A stretch of 64,000 nt of DNA from Antedon mediterranea. Lineage: Eukaryota > Animalia > Echinodermata. The notes below the pieces were generated by a model. That model did not search any database and was not told the DNA's origin. It saw nothing but the letters and a program-made list of their open reading frames with translations. The translations under genes were made by a program, and so were the position numbers. Below, in pieces: positions 54,301-62,368 of the stretch (the first letter of the stretch is position 1; the number at the start of each line of letters is the position of its first letter). The stretch spans positions 6,115,888-6,179,887 of the forward strand of contig NC_092676.1 in the NCBI RefSeq assembly GCF_964355755.1, given 5' to 3'.

Positions 54301-57300
54301 TATCACGAATCTGATATATTTTTTTGCAATTATTAATATGACATTACGCGTACTGTATGTTAATGTTATCATATTTCATGTCTCTTTGCAATGATATGTT
54401 CAATGAAAAATGTTATTATTCAGAAATATTCAATTGAAGTAGGAAGAATCTTACTTTTTTTGAACAAAATATTGGAGATATTTTGAATTTATTTTTTTTC
54501 GTTTATATTCACAAATCTATTGACATGAAATTAATTTGAAAATTACTGTATGAAGTTAATCATATGTTGTGTGACCTATGACACGAGTTCGTGGGGTTGC
54601 ACATTTTACTCATTGTTGTCTCACACACCCCTCCCCAGCACCTCCACACAACTTTACAACATTCTTATCTAAATTACCAATTAGCATATAAAGTAAAACG
54701 CTTTAAAACAAGGTAGATTCGCATACCTTGTTATCCAATCTTCTTGTGTCTTCACCTCAATTAATACCGTCGTTGCGCCGAGTCATTGTTTAGTAGATAT
54801 TCCGATACGATTACTCAAGGGAGATACGTTGGGAAAATCTTAAAAAACAAATTTACTCTTTGAGTTCACTGACCATGAGTACTGCATCATCATACTGTAA
54901 TATAAATCAATATTCATTAGCATCTTGAAATAATTTTGCAATCTCTTGTTTTAAAATGAATATTTCATATTTAAGTCATGCACTATAAATATGGAATTTT
55001 AATGAGCACTTTCTTGTGCATTTTTCTCGCACGCTGTTAATTAGGCAAAATTCATCACTGTTCTTGTTGTGCTGTTTAAAAAAAAAATATTTTTTAGGAT
55101 TTTCTTGGTCCCAAAATTCTCTTTAAGGATTTTCCGATGTAGTCCGTACAGTAGTTCAGTTTACAAGATAGTGTCCCCTTAAAGGGGGTGTCCCAAAGAG
55201 GGGGTTCTAACTGTAGTTTACTTTTAGCTTTAAAGCTCTGTCCACACTATCAAACTTTATGTGACAAAAATATGTAATGTGCCTATGGATATGATGATGT
55301 CATATCACAACCATATTTTAAGCATCACTACAATATTTAGGCACTTCACACTTTTTTTGTCAAACTAGTTTGATAGTTTAGACAATGCTTAAGATTTCAC
55401 ACAAATGAAGTAAAGATCAGTTTTATCCCCTGATGCAAAAACATTAATTTGAAAGAAATGGAATTTTTATTTAGCAAGAAATAGGATCCCTAGTTGTTAT
55501 CGAGTTTGATATTCCACTGATAGAAAATAATAGTTGACTCGACGCACAGTGCAGATATCTAATACACTACCTACTGTACCACTAATTGCGTATTAAACTT
55601 GAGACATGAGCTGCGTAACAAACATTTATAGCTGCCATATGTGGATGCTTTTAATAACAAAGAATTGAATCAACATAGTACAACATTCATTTATTAAATT
55701 CTTTAGAAAGATCTAGTAATGTATAAAGCTCTGTCTACACTATCAAACTTTATGTGACAAAAAAAATGTGATGTGCCCATATAATTATGGACATGATATC
55801 ATATCACTACCATATTTAAGCATATCATCACCGTATTTGGGCACATCACACTTTTTTTGTCTAACTAGTTTGATAGTGTAGACAAAGCTTAATATGAAAT
55901 ATATTAAAATTTATAACTCATCACTCAATTTTCATTGTGTATAATTGTTTCTTTTAGTTTTCAGACCAGCAGCACCAGCCGGTCTCCCACCCACTGCTAC
56001 CATCAGGGCACCAGCCCAATCATTAGCGCCCCCAGCTTACATCACACAGGCCCAGGCCATGTATTCAGCCGGACTTCAACGCCCAACGTTACTTACAAAT
56101 GGTGCCATGCCCCCGACATTAATGACCCCTCCGCCAACAGAGGGCTCACCGGCAGGGCTTACGTATATTCCAATGGATGGTGGAGCATATCACTATGCAG
56201 TTCCTATCATTGACTATCCAGGAGTCGGCCTTGACAGTGCAATTGGTATGTGTTACTCTAAACAACAACTTCGTCGTTAGCGTCTTGTTTAAGTCGTCAT
56301 CCAGTTGATTAAATTCTCGCAATTTTGCTGAGCATAATTTTGAATGAATTTTTAAATAATTGACCTGAATATATTTAAGACCTATTATAAATGAATCATG
56401 ATACGATATTTGAATAATAAGTGAACTGTTAATTATGTTTTATTGCCATCCAGTATAAAAAGCCATTGGTGCTAATCTATGATATACTATATATTTAATC
56501 CATAACGTTATCGTCGCCGTTCTTAGGTCAGCCAAGGTGTCTATTTTCAATAAATGGAAGATTTACACAAATTCATCAAAATTTTAAATTTACACTACCT
56601 CATATATAAATAATGAAATGGATTTAGGCACCAGGAATATAGCCAATTTCTCAAAGTAAATAACGTTTTTGGAGCCGTTGCTAGTATGTGCAAGAATGCC
56701 GTCTTTTACGGAGCCATTTATTATAATTATGAATGAAAAACGATTAGACGCAATGTAATGTTAGAAGGGCATTAGAAAATTACAGGCTTCGAAAATTACT
56801 GGCTTTGAAAATTGTTATAAACTTTTTTTTTAAAGATTTGAACTTCATTCCATGATGTAGATTGGCTGTAAAACTGGAAGCCTGGAATATTAATATTTAA
56901 TTTTTTAATATTTATGAGATAAGGAGAATATAATTATTCTTGCCAATAAGTTTTAAAGTCTTCCATAATTTGTTTTTAAATGCTCAATTAGGTGCCATAT
57001 GTTCATGAAATTTGTGTTTATGAATGTTTTAACTAACCATGTTGTTGGCCACCTATAGGTGCTGCCCCCAAAATGAGAAGAGCTCCTTCCATCAGGGACC
57101 ACCCTTACCAAAGGGTCCTTGATCCACGAGGTTAGTTTGTCTTTTTTTTTTTCAGAATAACTTTTTCTATTTTCTTCCTGTTCTTGTTAAGGTACTGTTC
57201 TTCTGTATTTTATATGTTTGAAAATGTGTATTTTAAATGAAAAACCATGATTTTAGTATGTTTTTTGTCAAAAAATGTTATGAATTATTATTATTATTAT

Positions 57301-60226
57301 TAAGGTGAAGGTAAAATGTTTTCCAATAAAGTTATAAAGCTTTTTCCTAGTCAGCTGAATTTGAACTCGACCCAGATAGGTTATACAGCTCTAAAACATT
57401 TTATGAAGAACTGCTGTCTCTTTCGCCGTCTTTACCAAATTGTGTTTATTTGTACGTTCACATACTTGTTTGATATCTGTCCCGTCCGTCAACATGTGTT
57501 TTTTGTTTATTTCTTGGACATAATGCTTTCTTCTGGACGAAGGGATAAAGGTAAACGAAAAACAAAACATAGCAGAAAAATAACAATCTATACACTGCAT
57601 GATGATATCATTACTCACGGATATGATCAGTGTTGTTAATTTTAAATAATAATTAATTGTAATGGGGAAAGTGTAGATAGTTTTACTGTTTTAACTGCCA
57701 AAAATTTAGCAAGGGTTGTTTGCGAGTTTTAGCTATAGGATAAACTGATCTGCAAGATTTAGCTAAACGGCATTGTACACGTGAATGCATTTAAATGGAT
57801 TTTACTGGCTGCATCATGTCTTCCTATTATGTAATTCTTCAATCTAGGGATTCCTTTGCCGAAACTACCAAAAATGATGCGATTGATTGATCATTCCAAC
57901 AACTTTTATTTTGTTCTTATACTAATAACAGATTTTAGAAAATTATTTGATTAATTAAATGTATTGTTAGCCGTTTTCTTAAACAACTCACTTTAAGTGA
58001 TTCCAACTCGGTAGTAATGTTCCTTTTGTGTATACGTTAATTCAATTGGTAGTCTGTGTAAATTAATGAATTAATTCCAGATAAAAATAATCATGAAGTT
58101 AAATACCCTAACATAATTTATTCCAAGTATTTTCAAAAAACTGCAATGAAATTTGAAACAAAACGATGCAATAAAATATATGTTTGATTAAAATTAATTA
58201 ACAATCTGATTAATAAACTAATTAAAATACACCACCTTGAAAAATGATAATAAAATAAAAATGATAATAATCCCAACAAATGAATGAGTTAACAACATTT
58301 ATCGCCAATGAATTCCTGAACTATTATAATTATTTCTATTTATACCTATAAATCCGCATTAAAATCAGTTTAAGTATTCACAATATTTGTTACCATAGGC
58401 ATTATTTTGTTTCCATAATAAATTATGGTCTGAAAGACCAGATTGAATATGCAATTAGTTATTATTAAATTGAATATTATTCTTGCAAAATACTTATATT
58501 TTTCTTAAGTAATCTTGCAAATACTTGTATTTTACTTAAGTAAAACCGCACTGCACATTTTTCGTGTTTTCACAATTATGTATAAAATAATTTCTTGTAT
58601 AAGCCGCACTTTAAATTGTATACACTTTCGTATGGTATTCTTTGGGTACAGTAGAATAGGTAAGGCTTAGGTACTGTGTTTTTAAGGTAATTATTATGAA
58701 GAGGTAGGCTAAAGCGCTGTTGTGAAGTATCTAGTGCGGATAGTGAGCTAAACCTACTATATCTGTTCTGGGGTGTACTGTAGGTAGTATGTTTATAAGC
58801 AGTCTACAGACTGTATGAATCGATGTCTGCTGGCAAAGACAGAGTTTTGATGGAATTTTATGTATATTTAGGTACCAACGCTGTTTTATTAAGAGAGATT
58901 TTCCAGATTATATTTCTAGGATAAACAACATTGATTATTATCCTGATAGAAAACATTGCCTTAATTTAAAGTTTATTACGTTCTTTTATGATGACTTTCA
59001 TTAAGAAATATTTTGTTATTGTAAAGTTGTGTAATTTTTTTAAAGCATGAATGGGTGAAAATAAGAATTTTGCTATAAATAAGTATCAATTTTAGCTTTG
59101 AATTAAATTCTGCAATATTAGCTAGTTTTAGATAGGCCTTTCAGAAGTTTTTTTTATCCAAAATAAAGGCTATATTTTGTACTTTCAAAGGATTTTTTAC
59201 TGCAATAAAACGTAGCACACCAAGTTTGTCTCTGTTGTTTCTTTAATAAACAGGAACGCTTTTTAATGCAACACGTTATTGACGCGCGTCACCGCTTAAC
59301 GTGTATCCTAATGATTTACTTATGGAGCAATTGGTATGTTCCGCTAATTAGGTGCTAAGGTGTTTTTGTTAATTATGTTTTATTGTTAATCTTTTTTGTG
59401 TATCTTTTAATTGTCTGAATCATTTACCACTAACGTAGTACAGTCAAATGAGTTAACATCATAAATAACTAACACTACCTATTGGCCAAGTGAATATGAT
59501 GACTTGTGCTATGGCAGGCATTGTTACCTTGTGTACCCGCATTTCCATACAAGTACTGCATGTCGGAAAATATTTTCGTTTTTTACTATAATTTTGTGAT
59601 ATTGGTGAAAGTAATCTATTCCTATCCTAATACAGCTACTATAAAATCACTTAAAATCTTTAAAACTTAGTAGATATTTTTGTTCGTTTTTATTTTATTT
59701 TTTTCATCAGTTACAAGCTTGATGTGTCATTGTGTTAATGAATGACTCTTAATCATAAGCTAAAACATTTTAACTTTAACGCATTATAAAAAAAAATTAT
59801 CCATTTTGCTTTAAAACATTTAAAAATTTGCTTTTTCACATCATCCATTTAAAATAATACTGGCAATTTTGAAAAATTCATAAGGAATAGAATTTTACAA
59901 AAAAAATCAAAATTTGATGTAAACAAAAACAAGCTCAAGAGATTATCTTTGGCTATTATAAGCTACAAAGCCGAGCATATCATTTCCACTTCGCCAAAGG
60001 TAGACAAAAATAATTGTGAATTTTTGTGATTCCAGAATTGTTCAATTAATGCGAACATTTGTTTTATTCAAAAAATGAACTAGTCCCACCATTTTATATT
60101 TTAATTGACACTGTGCATGCATTTTCAATGTACGTCTTGATACGCTGGTACGAATAGTCACTAATACAAATCTTTTTTCTTTTTTCCTCTTTTGGATTTC
60201 CTAACCTAGCTGTCACAGGCAACTAG
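9103..60226 (+). CDS. qki: Quaking/HOW STAR-family KH RNA-binding protein, QKI-5-like isoform, 8 coding exons, ~380 aa (whole-gene span)
   Basis: Manually joined exons give a continuous 1143-nt frame with QUA1, KH (GPRG loop), QUA2, a Pro/Tyr-rich tail and an HPYQR...TGN C-terminus. All junctions are GT-AG with matching phases (1,0,0,0,1,1,1). Confidence 0.93.
13523..13712. repeat. Minisatellite, 20/24-bp unit CTGTATAG(ATAG)AAACTCCCTTTT x9
   Basis: Direct tandem copies with no spacers. Confidence 0.95.
13732..13902. repeat. Diverged local duplication (~75-80 bp x2)
   Basis: AGTTCAAAGTTCAT.TGAATCTTT...CTAGGATTGTTGTTCCCTGG...TTCACAG at 13732 and 13831. Confidence 0.8.
16998..17193. repeat. 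Minisatellite, 17-bp unit GAATAGAGGTGTCCGCA (~11 copies), derived from a MITE subterminal motif
   Basis: Tandem units, preceded by a 27-bp duplication at ~16946-16998. Confidence 0.92.
17540..17682 (+). mobile_element. MITE family A, copy 3
   Basis: AGCGCTGTCTACACTAT...GATAGTGTAGACAGAGCT. Confidence 0.85.
19340..19420 (+). repeat. 3' tail remnant of an L2/CR1-type retroelement
   Basis: GCGCCTTGAGCAC...GTGCGCTATAAAAATC followed by (TTA)n. Confidence 0.6.
19787..19988 (+). mobile_element. MITE family A, copy 4 (internal 21-mer expanded)
   Basis: Degenerate left end, about 5 copies of the CATCACTRCMATATTTGGACA-like unit, right TIR TTTGATAGTGTGGACATAGCT. Confidence 0.75.
20666..20746 (+). mobile_element. 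tRNA-derived SINE head (truncated)
   Basis: A box TGGCCGAGCGG, B-box-like GATTCGAGGC; near-identical to the 5' end of the SINE at 21146. Confidence 0.75.
21146..21415 (+). mobile_element. tRNA-derived SINE with Deu/Nin-like central domain
   Basis: tRNA-like head, core CTCGGATAAGGACTATAAACTGTAGGTCC...TTAAAGAACC...GAGTAAGG resembling the DeuSINE domain (from recall), LINE-like 3' tail. Ends ~57 bp before exon 2. Confidence 0.7.
21473..21603 (+). CDS. qki: qki coding exon 2
   Basis: Acceptor ttttgttttacag|; encodes (E)[43 protein letters not shown]; donor gtgagt. Confidence 0.95.
26590..30300 (+). mobile_element. Apparently full-length non-LTR retrotransposon (CR1-group: L2/Daphne/Rex-Babar-like), single ORF
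   Basis: APE-RT ORF with a ~0.4-kb 5' leader, ~0.45-kb T-rich 3' UTR, AATAAA at 30276 and an A-rich (AATAAAAAAA)n tail. Boundaries approximate; no TSD resolved; clade tentative. Confidence 0.85.
26982..29825 (+). CDS. LINE polyprotein: APE endonuclease + reverse transcriptase (intact, ~947 aa from first ATG)
   Basis: APE motifs NARSL, GITESW, GGGV, YYPP, MGDFN, LD, SDH. RT motifs [48 protein letters not shown]-terminal [19 protein letters not shown]. No stops or frameshifts. Confidence 0.96.
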   Translation: MGLNYNFSRTNVSAFKRKRGRRAGRNMRKQILVQIGGRVDNSNINGERGPSILVPILCKAKLSRSNIYPSVFLCNARSLCNKMNEFELVLANSNIDIAGITESWFHSDFSSECSAVQGFSCIRNDRSNRVGGGVVLYINEVYDYEVDDACPIDLECLCVDVKINLSFSIVTIVVYYPPNCNRNQQLTEFLCSRIDYFRSVRDNAAFIIMGDFNDYDIDPLLYQTSLEQVVDFPTRDDACLDKMLTNISDLYQSPLKLSPLGRSDHASILLKPNFIQRKPVKRRLLVRRPLKDSSMRAFGQVITGIDWDDMVHEDDSSEYLAAKFESVLKETYEKSFPSVVIRVRDNDKPWFNQSIKKMIEKRHRAYRKGNQTRYRHFRRLVRSEVRLAKSNFYKESISSLRKIEPQKWHKKVQRIAGKSKPQSALLEPGCDPDVVVDVVNKHFARICSFLPALDLRNLPAFLPSVKPPVIFPGQVFKLLKCINVNKSRHPRDIPLRLIKEFALELAQPLAKILNCCLQDNNFPSIWKNAIITPVPKKPKASTPNEHRPISITPVFGRIFESFLSDWIATDFRPLMDSQQFGNAKGSSPTHYLVQLCNRLLSGLDSSGMYGTICAIDFSKAFDRVNHSILIDKLIGLNIMPSIIPTVCSFLSQRNQCVRLGGSVSAPEPISCGVPQGTKLGPILFTIMVNDLLNNVPDRWKFVDDLTIGEVISVQRPEDSSIQSNLDALSSWCVENDATPNPVKFQVMRVHFLRNVPQFEPLQMDGVILEESQSVKLLGVHLQSDLKWDKQIKEVVSRASRRLYMLYILKRFGAPKDDLVFTFITYIRPLLEYASPLWHSSITNKQSDQLEFIQKRVVKLIIGYQNYVSYAKSLETLKLKTLLHRRQVLLYNFGKGLLKSDRFKEWIPEKEKPTRCLRKVNKFDVPRCRTKRLAASTIPTVIGLLNNE
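30368..30505 (+). pseudogene. Possible truncated transposase N-terminus within the Sola-like element
   Basis: After a strong acceptor (gtattttcag) reads [54 protein letters not shown] resembles basic N-termini of DNA-transposon proteins. Confidence 0.4.
34080..34251 (+). mobile_element. MITE family A, copy 5 (two TACAGTA insertions near/in right TIR)
   Basis: Left TIR intact; right end reads AAAC-TACAGTA-GTTTGATATTG-TACAGTA-GAAAGAGCT. Confidence 0.85.
34551..35483. mobile_element. Tc1/mariner (pogo/Tc2-like) non-autonomous transposon
   Basis: TA|CCGTATTTTCCGGAGTATAGGTCGA ... TCGACCTATACTCCGGAAAATACGG|TA, with subterminal TATAAGTCGACCCC repeats. Confidence 0.92.
36606..36736 (+). mobile_element. 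MITE family A, copy 6
   Basis: TAA TSD on both sides; right TIR internally deleted. Confidence 0.85.
36941..37057 (+). CDS. qki: qki coding exon 3 (KH domain, GXXG loop)
   Basis: Acceptor tattttttag|; encodes [39 protein letters not shown]; donor gtaagt. Confidence 0.97.
37273..37456. mobile_element. PIF/Harbinger-type MITE in qki intron 3
   Basis: TTA|AGGCCAATTTACACAAACGAGCGGTAACG ... CGTTACCGCTTGTCTGTGTAAATTGGCCT|TTA. Confidence 0.88.
37503..37646 (+). CDS. qki: qki coding exon 4 (KH domain, second half)
   Basis: Acceptor ttcacag|; encodes [48 protein letters not shown]; donor gtaagt. Confidence 0.97.
41858..42573. mobile_element. PIF/Harbinger-type non-autonomous element
   Basis: TAA|GGGCCTGTTCGTAGGGGTTGAAAATA ... 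TATTTTAACCACCGTACGAACACGACC|TAA. Imperfect TIR, GC/CpG-rich interior. Confidence 0.75.
45540..45662 (+). repeat. 3' tail remnant of a LINE/SINE
   Basis: GGCCCCTTAAAATCAGC...GCTGGCTGGGTCACCCTC...AAATAAATAAAT, similar in layout to the tails of the SINEs at 21146 and 46145. Confidence 0.55.
45846..46081 (+). mobile_element. tRNA-derived SINE with poly(A) tail
   Basis: TAGCTTGGTGG A box, GGTTTAATCC B box, AATAAA plus long pure A run; fragment of the same family at ~48771-48818. Confidence 0.8.
46145..46406 (-). mobile_element. tRNA-derived SINE (related family) inserted in a family-B MITE
   Basis: Minus strand TGGCTTGGTGG ... GGTTCAAGTCC, shared ACTCCACTCCC core, LINE-like 3' tail and A-rich end. 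Confidence 0.8.
49590..49683. mobile_element. MITE family B (GGGATCATGTCAA..TACTGCAGTAACT TIRs)
   Basis: TTA|GGGACCATATCAAATTTATTCTACTGCAGTAAC...TAACTGCAGTAAAGTAATTTTGACATGATCCT|TTA. Related copies at ~6067-6275, ~17412-17450, ~46087-46450 and ~61545-62077. Confidence 0.7.
50324..50477 (-). mobile_element. MITE family A, copy 7 (reverse)
   Basis: Both TIRs present, internal sequence reversed. Confidence 0.85.
51729..51800 (-). tRNA. tRNA-Asp(ATC)-like cloverleaf (probably a tRNA-derived repeat or pseudogene)
   Basis: 72 nt: GCCCCGG/TTGGGGC acceptor stem, D arm, TCTGC-ATATCAA-GCAGG anticodon arm, perfect CCGAG-TTCGAGT-CTCGG T arm, G discriminator, TTTTT 2 nt downstream. Confidence 0.55.
52834..52971 (-). 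mobile_element. MITE family A, copy 8 (reverse, left end lost)
   Basis: CTAGTTTGACAAAAAGAGTGTGATGTGCC...GA-TACCGGTA-GTGTAGACAGAGGT. Confidence 0.8.
53350..53467 (+). CDS. qki: qki coding exon 5 (QUA2 domain)
   Basis: Acceptor ttttcacag|; encodes [39 protein letters not shown]; phase-1 donor gttagt. Confidence 0.94.
53490..53930. repeat. Degenerate (CAT/TCA)n low-complexity tract immediately after exon 5
   Basis: Imperfect trinucleotide repeat producing spurious His/Ile/Ser-rich ORFs. Confidence 0.9.
55234..55389 (+). mobile_element. MITE family A, copy 9
   Basis: TAA TSD, both TIRs. Confidence 0.85.
55727..55889 (+). mobile_element. MITE family A, copy 10
   Basis: TAA TSD, both TIRs; ends 68 bp upstream of exon 6. 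Confidence 0.88.
55958..56245 (+). CDS. qki: qki coding exon 6 (Pro/Ala/Tyr-rich region)
   Basis: Acceptor tttcttttag|; encodes (I)[11 protein letters not shown]...[14 protein letters not shown]...[30 protein letters not shown]; donor G|gtatgt. Resembles the QKI GLIYTPYEYPY...ILEYP tyrosine tail. Confidence 0.88.
57032..57037 (+). promoter_or_regulatory. Branch point / Quaking response element ACTAAC upstream of exon 7
   Basis: ACTAAC 22-27 nt upstream of the exon 7 start, followed by a weak pyrimidine tract. Confidence 0.55.
57059..57130 (+). CDS. qki: qki coding exon 7 (QKI-5/HOW(L)-type nuclear localisation tail)
   Basis: Acceptor ctatag|; encodes (G)[23 protein letters not shown], matching QKI-5 [21 protein letters not shown]; donor G|gttagt. 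Confidence 0.9.
60210..60226 (+). CDS. qki: qki terminal coding exon 8 (AVTGN-stop)
   Basis: Long polypyrimidine tract then cctag|; G+CT GTC ACA GGC AAC TAG = AVTGN*, compared with vertebrate QKI-5 AATGN*. Confidence 0.85.
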
Positions 60227-62229
60227 CATTCACTAACCTAGTATCTGCACAACGTATCTTCACGTTCCATTATGTGTTGCGTTGCGTCCAAGGCCTGCCA
60301 AACAAAACCGTGAGTGGAAAAAATATGTTCTCTCCACCCTACTACTACTACTCTCGTACTACTGCTGAAAATAATTCTGTGTGTTACTATCAAGCTAAAC
60401 CCCGAGAGATATCGAGGCTAAATTCTAACAACCGCACCCAACAAATTATCAGGATGGAATGACCACAAAGGTACTGTACGAGTTTTGACCAACATGCAGG
60501 AGTTTAAAAAAACAAAAACCTTAGCAACTTAGATCTAACCCGTCTATGGTGCGTGTATCAAACATACGGTAATAATAGTAACAATGTACACGCGGCAAAA
60601 ATCCAACTCTCGTCGTGGATAATTACCGGTACGCCATGATTTGTTGTGCTAAAATTTAATAACAAATATTAATAATGCACTTTATATATTAATATTGATG
60701 GTAGCGTTGGATTTTTGGCGCCGGTACAACCAGTGCTTTTCCATTAAAATTCATTTCTCTTGTTTTGTCTTTAATTTACTCCTTTTAGTTGCACATATTT
60801 CATTTTTAATTTTTGCTCTATTAATATTTAAAATTATTAAATTGTATAATCATGTTAAGTGTTCATGCATACATAATACTAGTCATTATTTCTGTTAGCT
60901 TCTAAAAAAAAAGGTATTAGAAAAATAAAACCTGGTTTATCCTCCAAACTGGTGACGAGAACACAGACTTTTAAACATGGTTGTTGGTGCGAAAATTATT
61001 GTCTCATCTATTATTGCAAATTAACAGAAGGCTTAATTATTCCATATCAGACAACCTTGTTTAAAATGTATTGGATGGATTTGTTATTAAAGGTTTTTAT
61101 TTTTATTTTTTTCTATATGCATGATACAAAATTCTGGAATGCATGAAGGTGATTAAAATGACACTAATCTTAATTTTATAGTTGAAGATCCAAAATTTGA
61201 ATTTTTTTAAATCCAAAACTGAAAAAAAAAAATTATTAATTTTTTATTTAATTGCAATGCTAAGTGACATTGCTATTCAGAACAAAATCAGATATTATCG
61301 GTTAATTATAGGTCATCGACCTTTCCTGACCCTTAAAATATGCATTTGTATGATTTGTGCATGGGAAAGATATTTGTAATTATTTCTGAGGTAGTGAATG
61401 TATAATTGTTGTTACAACTTGCATTATGCAAATGATATTTTCCTGAATATCTTTTAAAAACTGCTAATTTTTGCTCGAAACATTTTCTACCATCCAATTG
61501 TTATGTTTATATATTTGTTTCCAATATGATTTTTATCATCTAATTAAGATTAAACATTATTTTACTGGAGTTACTGCAGTATTTTTAAATGAATAACATG
61601 ATTTCAGTTTGTTTCAGTGTAAATTTCACTGTAATAACATTGTGTACGATTAAAGATGATGAAAGATGTCCCCCAAAAACATGAAAAATAAAAATTAATT
61701 AAATCTGGTTATTTTGTAGTTTTAATAAGTTAATCAATTTCGCAGGAAAAAACAGGAAAAAAATAACGTTTCACTTATAAAATGACAAAATAAATGATAA
61801 AATTCTACCAAAAAACCATTGGCTGGCAGCCAATTTGACCATTTTTTGCTTTAAATTACATTTTTTTTACGTAAATACATTTTCTTTCGATCCAATTTTT
61901 CGATAACTATTATGTTACATTAAAATGGCATATTCAACAAAAATGTATTAATAATAGCCTAATATTAATTTTAAGGGGAACTATACATCTTTAACAAAGG
62001 TTTATAAATAATTGTATAAACAAACTAAAATGTAGTTACTGGAGTAACTGCAGTAGAATAATGTTGAAATGATCCCTTACTAATGAAGTTATTATACATT
62101 CCTCCCTCACGAAATAACAAACTATTATACTGTTAATGTATTTAGTATCCATGTTAAATGATATATTTTTAATGGTTTTCTGAGTTACTTACAAGAAAAT
62201 GCACTAATGTTATTTCATAGTGGTACATA

Positions 62230-62368
62230 CAGTAGAAACGTCTATTAAGGGGATGACTACGGGACACACCAACCAACCTTAATATTGGTGTCCCCTGAAT
62301 AGGGCTTGATATACATTTCCCCTTATTCGTTTTTGGAAAGTGTCCCCTTAATAGAAACGGTTCTGCTG
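62230..62368. mobile_element. Tc1/mariner-type MITE with CAG...CTG ends
   Basis: TA|CAGTAGAAACGTCTATTAAGGGGA ... TCCCCTTAATAGAAACGGTTCTGCTG|TA. Fragments of related GTGTCCCCT elements at ~4470-4524, ~16900-17200, ~41800-41855 and ~55171-55214. Confidence 0.8.

Noticed and set aside
55935-56213. Alternative frame / downstream AG (55964) for exon 6
   Set aside because: Using that acceptor after the phase-1 exon 5 hits a TAG within ~20 codons and loses the QKI-like tail.
60274-60462. 62-aa ORF after the qki stop
   Set aside because: Non-ATG start, located in the predicted 3' UTR, no homology recognised.
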